A DNA stretch of 64,000 nucleotides. Source: Camelus ferus (taxonomy: Eukaryota). Shown here in pieces: positions 36,201 to 48,500 of the stretch. Within the stretch, counting starts at the first letter, position 1. Each line of letters opens with the position of its first letter. The notes below the pieces were generated by a model. It searched no databases. It saw nothing but the letters and a program-made list of their open reading frames with translations, and was not told the DNA's origin. A program made the translations under genes and the position numbers. The DNA is taken from positions 53,198,001 to 53,262,000 of the forward strand of contig NC_045707.1 of NCBI RefSeq assembly GCF_009834535.1, written 5' to 3'.

Positions 36201-39200
36201 GCATGAGTGAAGGATGGTCATAGGAACTGGGTTTGGAGCAGCAGAAACACCACGCAGGCAGTCCTGATGCTGGGGCATCTCAGTGTGGAGACGGGCTTGA
36301 AGGAAAGGCAGAGGAAAGACAGAAAAGTCCCTCCCTGGAGGCAGGGGGCGTCCGCGGATTCGTTAGCACAGCTGCAAACTTGGTTAAATTAAACCCACAG
36401 AACAATCCGCACACAGAGCTGAAGGAAGCAGATGATGTAGACGCAAATGAGCACAGTTTGAAAGCTTTCCAAAAGGAAGCCATTAACCCGCAGGGCGGGG
36501 AGTAGACACCACATCTCCTGCGGGGCTCGGGCGGCTACTGCTTCCCAAAGCCGACCAGTGCCAGCTTCAAAAACGCCCAGCGTTGAGGAAAACAAGATTC
36601 ACCCCAACTCCCAGATGCCGGGCCACCGATGACACGAAGTCCCCCCCCCACACCCCGTCTCTTTCTCCTCCTGCCAGTATCACTCACGCCCAGGGGCAGA
36701 CCTCTCCCGCTGTTGATCGAGATACCTTCCAGCCAGCTTTGGAGTCAGACCAGCCTGCCACCGCCCTCCTTGCTGGAGCCGCAGGGGGCTGCCCGCACCT
36801 CACTCCCCAGGATGGTCCCAGCCTCAGAGCAGCTACTTGGTTGCCGCATTTCACACACACCCCACCCAGGAAGCAGAGACACCCCCACCCAGGAATTCTG
36901 GGGCAGGGACTGCGCAGTTCAGGGCAGCTGTTTGTCCAAAACACGGTGAGTGAAGTGGGGGGAAGGGTGGAGTGAGGGCCCACAGTGGGGAGGCGTCAGC
37001 CATGGGGCTAGGGGAGGAAAAGCCCTCCTGCCTCCCACCGGGGGTTACACTAATTAGGAGGCAGAGCTGGTCCTTCGAGTGGAGTTTCTTCACTGGACTG
37101 TGTTTCCCGTGGGGAGGGGGTGGGGCTGTGGCCCTACTGTGTGATGGGGCCCCATGCCCGCCTCCCAGGCCTGGGGTGCGTGTGCCATGGGCACCTCTGC
37201 TGTGGGCACCACAGGGTGGGCGTGGGAGTCGTCCTGCATTCTCCAGCTGAAACCCAGCTGCGTCCCGTCTCCTGGTTGTTCTTTAACCTCAGCTCTTCCA
37301 TCCCCTCCCGACTTGCTTCACTGACTCCAGACAGATCCCATGGGCTCACCAGAGTCACTCCCCGAAACCTGCGTTGGTGGCCCTCAGGGCACAGGCAGGA
37401 GTCCCCATTCTGGTGGTGGGGGTGAGCCCACCTCCTGTCCCTGCAATGACCGTCACCCGCCAAGGCTAGGCTCACTCCTTCCGTGATATTTACTTGACAC
37501 TGTGGGCAGTGCCTTACGCAGGCGCTCTGCGGTGGGAGCTGCTACTTTACACAGAGTGCAGCCGGGATGGGGGTGTCTATGACACGGGGACCTGAGGGGG
37601 AGGAGGCGGCACCAGAGGTCCTGGGCAGGATCATTTGTGCAGAAGGAACAGCAGGGGCAGCGCTGCGGCTCATGTGAGGAGCAGCAGGGAGGCCGGTGTG
37701 GCTGGAGTATGGCCAGGGTGTTGCTGGTGGGGACAGCACTGCCCCGTCCTTCTCAGGACTCCTGCCCCATAAGTCAGGGTCCGGGGCCATTCTGGATCCT
37801 GGCCAGACCGACAGGCTGCTCCAGGGAAAGGCAGACCCCTCAGACAGGCTTGGGTTCAGGAAACCAAAGTTCCAATGGACAAGTAGAGGCCTAGCTGGTT
37901 ATTAAGTTCAGCCCAGGGTGCACACCGAGTGTGCAAAGGGCTGACACGGTCCCCATCCCATTCTCAGGGCTCTGCCTGCCTTATCCCACGAGTGAGCTCA
38001 GGTAACAGGTGGTCGTGACGGCCAGGACCGCCCGGGTTCCAGCCCCACACACGGAGCAGGACCTGTGCTCAGTACCTCATGGGCTGGAGGCTGCGCTCTG
38101 CCCTCATTCCTCACTGCCCCAGCCCAGCACCCCTTCCCGAGCCCTGCTTCTCGGTGGCTCCGTCCAACCTGACACCCAAGGAGAGGGAAGGCTTCTGAAG
38201 TGAAGCAAACACAGCTTGGGGCCCTGCAACCCTGATTCTGCCGTCAGGAGAAGAGGCGGCCTAGTGCTGGATGGAGAAGGTTCTGCGCAGCGTCCTCTGC
38301 CCCCGGCCCACTGCCCAGGCTCTGCGGCCGGCCGGCAGGAGCGTCTGCTGAGGGGTCTCGGAGCTCAGCGCTGCCTAGGGTTTCAGAAATCTCTAAATCT
38401 CCCCACCTTTGAAAGGTTCTGATATAAAGTGAAATCTCGTTGCAGCAGTGCCCCCGCCCCATCCCAGATCTAACCTCTGGAGGAGCCCAGGGAAGGTCCG
38501 GGTGGGAAGCGGTCACTCAGCAGGACACGCTCCTGGGGTCGCTCGCCTCTGAGCCTCGGCCACACACTCGAGAAGGAGCGACGGTCTATTTCACAGGCTG
38601 GCGTGTCCAGCAGAGGCTGGCTGAGCGCCTGCCGTGCGCCAGGCGCGTGCTGGTGCCGGTGCCGCTCCCCGTCCTCAGAGGCACTGAGCGGAGTCTGGCG
38701 CCCAGGGGAGTGTGTTCTCTTGTTTGTGTAACTGTGGGCTGTTTGTCCTACTTTCTCCTTTCCATCGTGGGGCCGTGAGAGCAGAGGATAGGCCTATTTC
38801 TTTTAGATCCTCTTGTAAGAAATTGGGTAAGGTCAGGAGCACAGAGAAAGCCCCCAGGTAAATAGGACGGCCGGCCCGGACTCAGGGTCCAGGCTCCAGG
38901 GGACACCGGGGAGGCAGTGGGAGGATGCTCAGCCCGACGGAGGCCTGCATCTCCAGGCCCTGCTCTTACTTAACCGATGCCGCGGGAGAAAAACAGCCAG
39001 TTCCTTAAGGAACACGGACACATTTGTCGGTGTCTCAATTCTGTTCATCCTGTAAACATAAGGAGAGCCCAACATTCTACTGTTCTGAGTTTTGCAATCT
39101 TCACAAAATAAATATTTGCCTTCAAAAGCAACAACTCAGATAACCATCAGGGTAACATTCTCGAGCGTCGTCCCCCACCGCCAAGCCAGGAGCTGAGGTC

Positions 39201-42200
39201 AGCGCAGAGAGCTGTGTGTGGTCCGTCGGATGATGACTTTCACGTGGAAACCTCAGGTTGGAAACCAACTGGCAGCCATTTGGAAAAGTTTGGTCTCTCA
39301 GTTTCTAGATTTGACTCAAAACCAAGAATCCCCAGTCCCTGGGACGTCTGTTGGTTTCCTCCGTCCACCAGGTGAGGAGCAAAATGGCTTAAGTGAGTGC
39401 TAACGGGGGATGAAGACACTGCGAGGCCCTCAGGGGTCGTGGGGACTGGACTGGCCCTGCCGGAGGCCACCGCATAGTCAGACGCCCACTGGGTGTTCAC
39501 ACACCTCAGGGACGGGTCTCTCTCCAAACCCCTCTAAGAATGAGGTAAGACTGCAAAGGAGTCCTGCCGATTTTAGATGACACAGTGACACACAGATGAC
39601 ACAGCCCAGCAGCAGAAAACCACGCCATGCAGACCTCGTGCCATTTATAGGTGCCACCCTGGGCCGCCGCCGCCGCAGCCTCCTCTGGGCGCGCTCCGCC
39701 GACAGGCCGGCTTTCTGCGGAGAGGGGAGCATCTAAATAGCCCCACAGTGTCCATTCTGACTGGTTTTCTTCATTATGGACAAGAAGTTTTAGGAACAGT
39801 CATTCTGAGCCATTACTGAGAAATACATCTTAAGGAAAATGAACCTTGGGAGTCCTTTAAAAAAGTTCATTTCAATATTTTTAAGGATTAGGGTTTTCTG
39901 GGCCAGTGGTAATGTTCGTTAGGCAAGAACATGGACCTCAGTCATAACAGTAACCCATGAAGCCATCTCCACCAGGTAAACAAAACCCGCCACACCGACA
40001 GGCCTCTGTACCCCGCCCCACTGTGCTGTGGTCTCCGGTACCGTTAGGAGCCCAGCCGGACGCCAGGCCACTGAGGCCCCCTCTGGCTCCTCCCTCAGGA
40101 CCCGTCCATGAGCTGTCACCACCCCACTTCCCACAGACAGGTCCCTTCCTGCCCAATCCATCTCCACGGCCCTGTTATGGGAGTGAACTGAGCCTGCCAC
40201 ATGCTCGTATCCATGTGCTGGACGGGTCCAGCGGCCAGGGCCACCCCGACTCCATGAGGGTGTGTGGAGTGGACGGAGCCACTCTGAGCTGTCCAGCCGG
40301 AACTAAAGCCCCAGCTCGATATCAGTTCCCTGGCAACTCACCCGGCCGGGAGAGGAGGCTTCCTGATTGACCGTTAGGACGCTGCTCTGCCCGCCCAGCC
40401 CTGCCTGTCTCCCAGTGCGGGGAAGCACGTCCCATCTCTCCCAGTGATGGGGGCAGGGGAGTACATGGAGCTGGCGGAGGCTCGGGGCTCTGGGCTGACC
40501 GCGGGAGTATCCGGGAGGGCTGGAAGGGCCATGTTTGACTCTACGAGAATGTTAAGTGTTTTCTTTCTGGTTTGAGATTTCTAAAAATGTAAGCATTTGT
40601 TTCACATCAGTCTTCAAAATTTTTCTCAGAAAGGGCCCCTTTGTCATTATTAATTGCAAAGAGAGCAGATGTCGAATTCAAAGGCCAACTGCCCCTGCCA
40701 CCGGCCCCCAACCCCACCAGCCACCTCTGTCCCACCAGCCCCACCTGTGCTCTCAGGAGGAGGCCACCTGCAGATCAACTCATGGGAGCTGGGTTTCAAA
40801 ACACACCACCTGGCTGCCGTGGGCACGGATGGTCCCAGGATGGCCTGGGCAGCTCTGAGGTAACGTCCCACCGGCCTCAGTGAAACCCAGACTCCTCGCC
40901 ATGGCCTCCAGCCCTGCTCACTCTGTCTCCTGGTCTCCTCTCTCACCCCCACCTTCCCTCTGCTGTAGCCACGCCACCCTCCTGCTGGGGTGGGATGTCT
41001 CGGGTCCCCCCGCCAAGATTCCGTCCTCTCGAGAGGCCCCTCACTCTCTCCCAGGCTCTTTTCTGCTCACCGGCGTGCTTCTTCTCAGTGCTAGGTTTAT
41101 TGAAGTCGTGTCCCAGGACTGTGGCTCCTCTTTCCTCACTGGAAGGGGAGTGCCACGAAGCAGGGGCACTTCCCCACTGCCCACGGTGCCGTCGTGTCCC
41201 CACGTCCCGGGCAGTGCCTGCTGCGGGGCAGACGCTCAGAATGACTTGTTGGACGAATGAATGAATGTACATTAAAACCAGCATGACATCCAACCTCCTC
41301 TCTCCTAGGCATGATGTTTAGGAAACGCGGAACTGGAATTCGGCAACACCAACCTGTTCGTAGTAGAGATCTGGCCTGACAGCTGCCAGACGGCGCCCTC
41401 TGGCTCGCGTCTGCAACCGGGATGCGCGTGTCTGTCTTTACATCCTGAGAAGGTGCTTTATGCCAGGATTAAGGAGTTGCTGGCAGAAATCCCTCCCCAT
41501 TGCTTCAGGAGGCTAATCTCTTACTTTAGTCTGGGCTCACTCTCTGCCTCTGAATCCAGCCCCTGAAGGGTTGAGCAGCGTTAATCCTGAGGGTCTAGAA
41601 ACAGCACAGCCGAGCGTGTGGCACTGAGTCCGTGGGAGAGGGACGGGCGAGCAGGGTCCCTCCGCGCCAGGTGCAGAGCCAGGCCTGACGCAGGGTCGTG
41701 CCCACGCTCTCACCGCAAGGGCGTCTTCTCATTTCCCATTGATCCGTCTGCCGGAGATGGAAAAGGCCTCCAGGTGGTTAGTTCTGTGAGAACCACGTGC
41801 CCAGACCTCGGGGCATTTCCAGGGGTCCCAGGCAGAGGCCTGGGCCGCTGCCCAGCTTGGAGCTGAGTGGTGTGTCTGACGACCCGGGCACCTGTCTCTG
41901 CCTGCGCGTTGGCCGGCGTGACTCCCTGTCCCTGTGGTCCCTGATTCTGACTCGATGTGTGAGCAGAACTGGTGACCTTTCTCTGACATAGAGGATCCCA
42001 CCCACCCGTCCACTGGCCACGTCTGCACTGAGTGCCCTCCATGTGCAAAGGATGCCCTGCAAACGCCTGGGGTGCTGGGGTCCTGTATGCATCGCCTGGT
42101 GACGGCCCACCCTGCTTCCCAACCCGGGCCGAGCTGTCCCTAAGCTCTGATCCGGTGGGGTTACCCGCCCTGGGCAATGCCTAGTGACCTTGGGACGGAC

Positions 42201-44720
42201 AGTGATGAGAAAGTAAATGCAGCGCAGTCTCACCTGTACTGACAGAGGACACCACACACTTGGGAGGCCTGAACCCTGAGGCCATTGGAAATTTCCCTTA
42301 GTCACTGGACTGTGTTAGACTGAACCCCCGAAGTTACCCGTGTTCAGCTGTGTCTGCTACAGACACACAGCAATGACGCAGCTTCCCTGTCACCAAACAT
42401 CTGTTGGGGTGACCCCCAAGAATGAAACGTGGCATATGGGCCGACATGACTGGGACCCGAGACCCACCTGCTGAAGCTGGTGGTGGCCACCAGAGGTGGG
42501 GACAGAGGGCCTCTGCACCAGCTGGGCACCGGGTGCTCTGCCCACGGCAGCTGCGGCTGGAGTCACAGTGTCATCGGCCCTGTGGGGCTGGACAGGCCCC
42601 TGATCCTCTCTAAGCCTCGAGTCCCTTACTTGAAAAGCAGAGAAGACGTGCATGAAGCTGTTTGTAAAAGGCAGGGGGGACGCAGTGCCTGGATCTGTTC
42701 CTTTCCCTCGCTCTATTTTTTAGGGAAATAATAACCCGAGGTTGAGTGACAGCCCGACCTCGCTGTGCCGGGAGGAGCACTCAGAGGCCAGGGCTTGGGC
42801 TCTGCTTCCTAATTGACCTAATGTGCCAAATGAGCTTAATGTGAGCTAATTAATGATGCTATCGGTGGTGGAATTACCGCGGCAGAGCCGAAAACAGCAT
42901 CAAAGCAACAAGCAGGCAGGTGTCCACTGGATAATTGAGGAAACGGGGGCCGCGAGGTTGCAGGCAGGACCCCAGAGGCTGGGTGGGGTGTGGGGGGAGA
43001 CCGCGGGGCTGAGCCACTTAATTGCCGGGCTGGCTCCCAAAGCGCCACCCTGGTTACAGCTCCTGTGCTTGAACTGCAGGTTTCCCCGAGCCTTTGAAGC
43101 TGGGCTCCTGGGCATTTCCTTGAGAATGAAGTCCATTTTTTTTTTTTTTTGAAACCACAAAACTCATTCACCTGGAGCCAGGAAGAAGACCCAGGTGACC
43201 TGGCTTTCGTCTGTGGTCCTTTGGGACCAACGGAACTTTGTCGAGAAGATGCTCCCGAGTTAAGAGCCGGCGTGGTTTGTGCCTGTGAGGTCGGGGGGTG
43301 GGGACCAGGGCTGCCCTCCCCAGTGGTGCTATGAGGGGCAGGGGACACTGACTCTCCAGGAAGAGGGCGAGCTCCCGAAATGTCTGAGCCTCACAAGTCT
43401 GTATCTTCCACAAATGAAAACACTGTTTACTTCTAGAAACTGGGTCATAGCCAGAGAGTGAAAATCAAACGTTTCAGGGAAATTTTATTTACTTTCTCCT
43501 CCCAAAGACAAGTGCTTCCAGGACTACCGCAAACTACGCCCCAGTACAGCCTGGCTCACTTGGGGGAGAGGGTGCGGGGTGTGCAGGGACCCCTGCTGCC
43601 CCAGCCCACGGCGGGGCCGTCTGCCTCCCCCAACCAGTGACAAGGGACACAGGGCTCATCCCCCAGCTTTGATGAGGTGGACTCCGGTGGACTCTGCCAA
43701 GATGACACTTGGGAGGTTTTAAGTGGCCGTGCCTTAGAAATCTCAGAGCATCTAGTCAAGCAAGAAACCTTTCTGTTATCTGAATTGAGCCCTTTACTCC
43801 TTTAGTTCATTATGCTTTTTTTTTTAACCTCTTTAATATTTTGAATTCACTGCAGTTTCACACTTGGTTGGAAAGTGTCTCAGAATCCAACATAGAACCG
43901 CTAGGCGGTGGCGGCTGAGAGCTGTGGGGGCGGGGAGGTCTGGCTTCCTTGGCCCCCTCCTCAGCCCTTTCCTAAGTCCCCACCTCCTACCTGCGTCCCT
44001 CCAAGTCCCTCAAACTTCCCTGACGGAAGGCTCTGCTCTGCCAACATGTGTCCACACTCCAGCCCGGACGGTTCTAACCATCCTTCTCAGACCCCTCACC
44101 CGCCGACCCGCTGCCCTAACACCTCTGGCCTCTGAGGAGCAGATGCAGTGACCGTGGGGTGTGCCCACACCGCCCGCTCTATCTGGGCAGAAGGTGGAAA
44201 CCCTGGGCCGCAGGGAGAGCTGTAATCTCCAGGTGCACGTCCACCCTCTCCCCCTACCCTCCCCCAAAACACGGGGCCACGACCTCCATCTCAGACTTGA
44301 CTCAAACCCGCGCCTGGGCGGTGGCTCAGGGGACGGCAGTGGCGTGCCGGAGCAGAGCCCAGCGTGCCCAGCCCTGTGCGCCTCCCCCGCCTGCCAGCCT
44401 GGGCCACCTGAGCAGCTCCCTTTCAGGCTTCTGGAGACCCCGGCCGAAATCTCAAGCCCGCTGGGCACACACACAGTTTGGCTCCTCAGCCAAATGCACA
44501 GCCAGTAGCAAATGGGGTTGGTGGTGTTTTCCTGAAAACAAAGGAACAACCTCAGGTCTCAGAACTAGGAGCAGACGCACAGTCACCAGGAAGCTTGTTC
44601 AAACGCAACCCAAAAATGACACGCATTTCAAAAATGCACTCAGGTGGTCTCTGGAGATGACACCGCTGTCTCACCCACAGCCCAAGAGTTTAGCAAACCG
44701 AGAGCCAGGGCGAGGCTTAC

Positions 44721-45100
44721 CTGGACCCCATGGGAGAGTCCGTTTCCAATCCAAGCAGAAGGTGGTCCGTGAGGAAAGCCAGGAACGTCCTGCCGAGGCC
44801 ACTCAGGTGGCCGCTCCGCCGTGTCCCTGAAGCAGGTGCTGGTGTGGAGGCGGCCGGCAGAGCTGCCAGGGCGGGCGAGGCGCCTCTCGGCTGTCAGGAC
44901 CCCTCCTCCTGCTCCACGGGCTCCCTGAGTCTCCCTTGACTGCCAGTCCCACCCGGAGCCAGAGGGAAAGTCGGCCCAGAGGCCTCTCTGCACACAGACT
45001 CACCCGCACCACCTAGAGGCCTCTCCCCGCACGGGCGCCCGCCCAGCTCTCACCGGGCTCCACCAGACACCCCGTGGAATCGGTAAAATCACAGATGCCT
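44721..45100 (-). other. EDAR: EDAR exon 1 (non-coding 5'UTR); TSS position approximate
   Basis: Strong donor TCCAG|gtaagc at 44721. Minus-strand blocks (gggagaggcctctaggtggtgcgggtgagt; gtcaagggagactcagggagccc; cacctgcttc...ggccacctg; ctttcctcacggaccaccttctgct) match my recollection of the human EDAR 5'UTR. Locally CpG-enriched. Confidence 0.8.
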
Positions 45101-45500
45101 TTTCTTTGTTGGGGGTGGGAGCTGGGGGGCTTGCTTCTCCCATAACAACCAGAGCCTCTGGGCCCTGGAATGCTAGAAAGCTCAATTAGCATTAAAGTAC
45201 CATCACTCAAAATGTGATCCCCCAGGGACCCGCCACCGAGGCGGCCACAGGCAGGGCTTACCTCCAGTTGGCTCTGAAGCCCTCGCTCTGTTCCTGCCCC
45301 GTCCTGCCTCCTCCCCCAAGTCCACTGCAGGCCAAGCCCCCGGACCGGACATCTCTCCTTCCCTGGCACCCTACACACCATATATACTCCACATAACTGA
45401 TTCCAAACAGCCACACACACCCATGGGACCTCGTGCCCCCCACGGAAGGAAGCAATGAGGAAGACATCTGAAAGAAACACTGTGAAGGGAACTGCCTTTA
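44900..45500 (-). promoter_or_regulatory. EDAR: Putative EDAR core and proximal promoter
   Basis: Lies at and upstream of inferred exon 1. GC-box-like GGGCGG (cccgccc ~45038-45044) and a TCF/SOX-type CTTTGTT at 45104-45110. No obvious TATA box. Confidence 0.55.
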
Positions 45501-48500
45501 GTATCTGTCAATCCTCCCAGTTCCACCATCCTGAACAAGGAGGTAAAGCATCCAGCCCTGCTCTCCCCAGCCCCACCCGCACACAGGGAACCCACTTCCA
45601 AGGCTCGATTCCTATCCCCGCCTTTTCCATCTTGTCTCTACCCAGATTCACAGAAGAGAAGTAAACAGTTAAGAGGGACACAGAAACGTGTGGACGGGCG
45701 AGGGTCCTGAGGACAGTCTTCTCCCTCCTGAGGTTGAGCAAACCTCGGTTCCCGACTTTTTTACCAACATGACGACCATCCCAATAGCCGAGGTTTAAAC
45801 AAGAATTTCATCCTGATCATTGAGACTGGCTCCTCCATGCGACCCATGCTGAGCCCAAGCTGAGGGTTTTTCATAAATTACAACTATTAAAATTACTCAA
45901 TGAAGAACCTAGGAAAACAAACAGGATCTACGTATTCTGGGCTAATACAGAATTTCTATCGTGTATAATTTTGACTATTTGGACAATTATTTTGTTAAGT
46001 GTGTTTGAGGATGAAGATTATCTTGGGTGTAACATTTTTTTTCCTACTAGAAATTAAATGGCACTTTACATTTATGAAAAAGAGAGGACACAGATACTGC
46101 CAAAAGACAGGAGAAAAGAGAAAATGTTAGAATGGGCACAGAACATGGATGCTGCCATAGAAGCCAGCGTTTTCCCCTCTTTGAAAAATCCAAGACATTA
46201 TGCCACCGAGAAGGGTGGCAGATGGTTATGCCTGCAATTTTCAGTCATTATATCCAAATGAAAATGAGTCTACAAATTAATTCCACTGATTAAGAGGAAG
46301 AAAGAAGCAGGAGACATTGTTGCTTATCTTCATCGTTTAAGGCTCTGGAGCACTGAAGACGGGTGATTTCTGTTTTGCTCATTTCCTAAAAGGCTGAGGC
46401 AGAAAGAGCAAACGGTTAAAAATAGCACATAGCAGCACCAACCAAGACTGCAGAGCACGGTGGGCGACCGGGTCTCGGGGTCTGTGCAGAACAGAGTGAA
46501 ACGTGAACACGTGCTGGATGTACACGCCCGAGCCCTGCCCCGCCTGCCCCTCACGTCCAGGGTGCACGGACGCACGGCTGGGACCTGGCGGAGGAGCTGG
46601 GCAACCCCCGCTCCCAGCTCCTCGGAGCCACAGCCTTGCAGATGATCCTGGAGTTCAGTGGGCTCCGGACCGGGAAGGACACTCTCCCAGCAGACCAGAC
46701 ACTTCCCAGCGAGTGCACTGACCACATCCCAGTCATCTGTGTCCTAGTGCCCAGCTCCTGTCCTGTGAGCAGGAAGAGACTTGTTCCGTCTCAGTGCGAT
46801 CTTCTGTTTGATGTGGTCACACGTCAGGCCGGTGGAGGACCTACGAACTGGACATGACTCGGTGCTGGGGTAACATGTGGAGGAAACGCCCCAAGTCTCT
46901 GCCTCGAGAAGTTCACACTCTGGGGAGACAGAGCCCCGTCAAGTCACCAAGACAGAAACGTACTTCCCGGAGGAGGTGAGCAGGGCCGGGCTGGGCCCCT
47001 GCGCTGTGTGGGTGGGACTGTTGCTGCTTGGTGACACTCTCCTCCTGCCCAGTTCCTGTCTGCAAAGGTGGCATCGGACCAGATGCACCAAACCCGAGGG
47101 CTCCTTTCCGTGAGCCAAGCCCTGATGCTTAGCTGCCCCGACCTGAGCTCCCGCAGCAGCTGAGCTCCTGGTCACCTGCGGAGTCTGTCACTGGGCCCCT
47201 TCCAGGGAATTGCATTGCCTGAATCATTATGAGTATTGGATGAATTTTTTTATGCCCATGGTGGGTCCTCGGTGATACTAAATAATTCAGAGTGTTCCAG
47301 TTCAAAGATCAGGAGCTTATTTTAGGAGAGGAGCAGGCCTCTGTCCCTGGTAAGGTGAGCAGGAGGGAGACTGAATCTGGGGGGGCCCCTACCCGCTGGG
47401 CCCTGGGCTCACGTCCACGACCCAGGAGGCGAAATGCTGAGGGAGCTGTCTGCCTGCCGGGATGCGTTCCCCACCCCACGCCCTGCACAGGGTGAGGGGC
47501 ACCGCTCGGGTCGAAGGCAGAGTAAATGGGGCGTTTCAGCTGGTTTTATCCGACACTGAGGTTCTGCGTTTATCTAACTGAACTGGGCCACGCCCAACTT
47601 GTGCTGCTAATTAAAGAGGTCAAAGCCTGGCTTCTCCACTTCCACCTCTCCCAGGATTCAGGCCTGGAATTCGAATCCTGCTCCTTGCAAAGGGACTCCC
47701 CCCACCACCACCTGCGGAGAGGAGGCAGACCTGGGCTGAGAGGAGGCTCAGGTCTGTCAGGGCTGGGTGGGGCCAAGCCCTTAGGCCCCCTCCTCTGTGA
47801 CATCCCCTCACGGGTAGCTAAAATGTAATGAAGTTTATCCCACCGAATGACCTCGGGAGCTTGACAAGCACAAAGGTTCCAAACACTAACCCTTTTCATG
47901 GCCTGTAACGGTGTCATTCAGCACAGCAGCACAGATCAGCGTGTGTCTGATAAACAGGACCACAGGAGTGTTATGAAACCTCCTTGCGCTGCAGCAGAAA
48001 AAGTAAGAGAGGGGAAACCCGAATTTGGAAATATAGAATATTGATGTCATCATTTAAAAATCAACAGATTCATTCTTCCAACAGACAGTTTCGTATTTCT
48101 ACCATTATTCATGGCTTTGGGGAAATGGGGTCAGTGGTTCAAGAGATAATCACTCTGTTAGCTTCGCTCAGCAGGGGAACATGAGACCACAGGACAAACG
48201 TGTAAAATTACCAGTTCACTGGGTTACACCCCACAAAGATTATTAATGGGGTTTTTCTCATACTTATGAGGACATTTTGAAGTTTATCTGTAAGGCAGGA
48301 GAGTCGTCAATTTATGAGGGTGATGTGTTTTGGGAGCGTTTACTTTCACAGAATATCTGGTTTGTCCCTGCTCTTTTTTCATGAATATGAGCTCATTGTC
48401 CTCAAAAACTGTGGTCAACAAAAGAAAACCCACTGGGGACATCTTAACGGGAATTCCCCCTGGTTGGCCGAGCTGCCGCCCAGTCCACAGTCTCAGCGCT

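Larger units (their letters stand above)
5312..45100 (-). other. EDAR: EDAR gene, 5' portion (exons 1-4); continues past the left edge of the window
   Basis: Three in-frame coding exons with canonical AG/GT ends splice to [119 protein letters not shown], recognisable as the EDAR N-terminus. The 5' boundary is approximate. Confidence 0.96.
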
